Shown here piece by piece: positions 63,754 through 64,000 of a stretch of 64,000 nucleotides of DNA. The position numbers and the translations under genes are program-made. Position 1 is the stretch's first letter, and the number at the start of each line of letters is the position of its first letter. The DNA is from Podarcis muralis. Its lineage: Eukaryota. Below the pieces are notes generated by a model that was given only the letters and a program-made list of their open reading frames with translations, searched no databases and had not been told where the DNA came from. Location of the stretch: positions 29,388,001 to 29,452,000 of the forward strand of contig NC_135670.1 in assembly GCF_964188315.1 (NCBI RefSeq), given 5' to 3'.

Positions 63754-64000
63754 GTAAAATTTGCCTGGTCTTGTTTCTCAGTTCTGTGCTGTACTTTTAA
63801 CACACTTCATTTACGTTATCAAGCTTGAAGTTCTAAACCGAGTGGTTTTACCTTCACACACACTTGACACCTGCTGTATCTACAGCTTTTCAGGGCCAAA
63901 TTTAGATTAGACGGTGGAAGTGCTTTTAAAAAAAATGTAAAGAGATCTGATTGCAAATCCGCCATGTTTGGCCCTGCATTATGGAGCCCAGGAGAGTGCA

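Noticed and set aside
63860-64000. tctacag / ttttcag acceptor-like sites as CDC45 exon 15
   Set aside because: Downstream translation does not match the expected GTPDV... sequence; exon 15 is probably beyond the window

Overview
Vertebrate genomic DNA, most likely a lacertid lizard (inferred from the abundant Sauria SINEs and the BovB, L2, CR1 and L1 fragments). It is orthologous to the human 22q11.2 (DiGeorge) block with conserved gene order and orientation: HIRA (-, only coding exon 1 in window), MRPL40 (+, 4 exons, 206 aa), C22orf39 (-, 3 exons, 105 aa), UFD1 (-, 12 exons, 307 aa) and CDC45 (+, exons 1-14, continues past the window). Exon boundaries were read by hand from splice signals, reading frame and recalled homology to the human proteins; no database search was run. 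Introns and intergenic DNA are dense in transposons: 16 near full-length Sauria SINEs, about 18 Tc1/mariner-type MITEs, hAT elements, two solo LTRs and LINE 3' ends. The most notable observations are five. (1) A perfect 82-bp inverted repeat from a Penelope-like element, about 270 bp beyond the HIRA CpG island, carries a minimal hammerhead-ribozyme motif on each strand. (2) An approximately 900-bp minisatellite at the start of HIRA intron 1 holds about 17 GCACATGC motifs. (3) Both head-to-head genes UFD1 and CDC45 have a U12-type minor intron. (4) The UFD1 exon 8 acceptor has an (ATT)17 LINE tail in place of a polypyrimidine tract. (5) The HIRA/MRPL40 promoter region is expanded and partly triplicated. 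No RNA genes, CRISPR arrays or intact autonomous transposons are supported.
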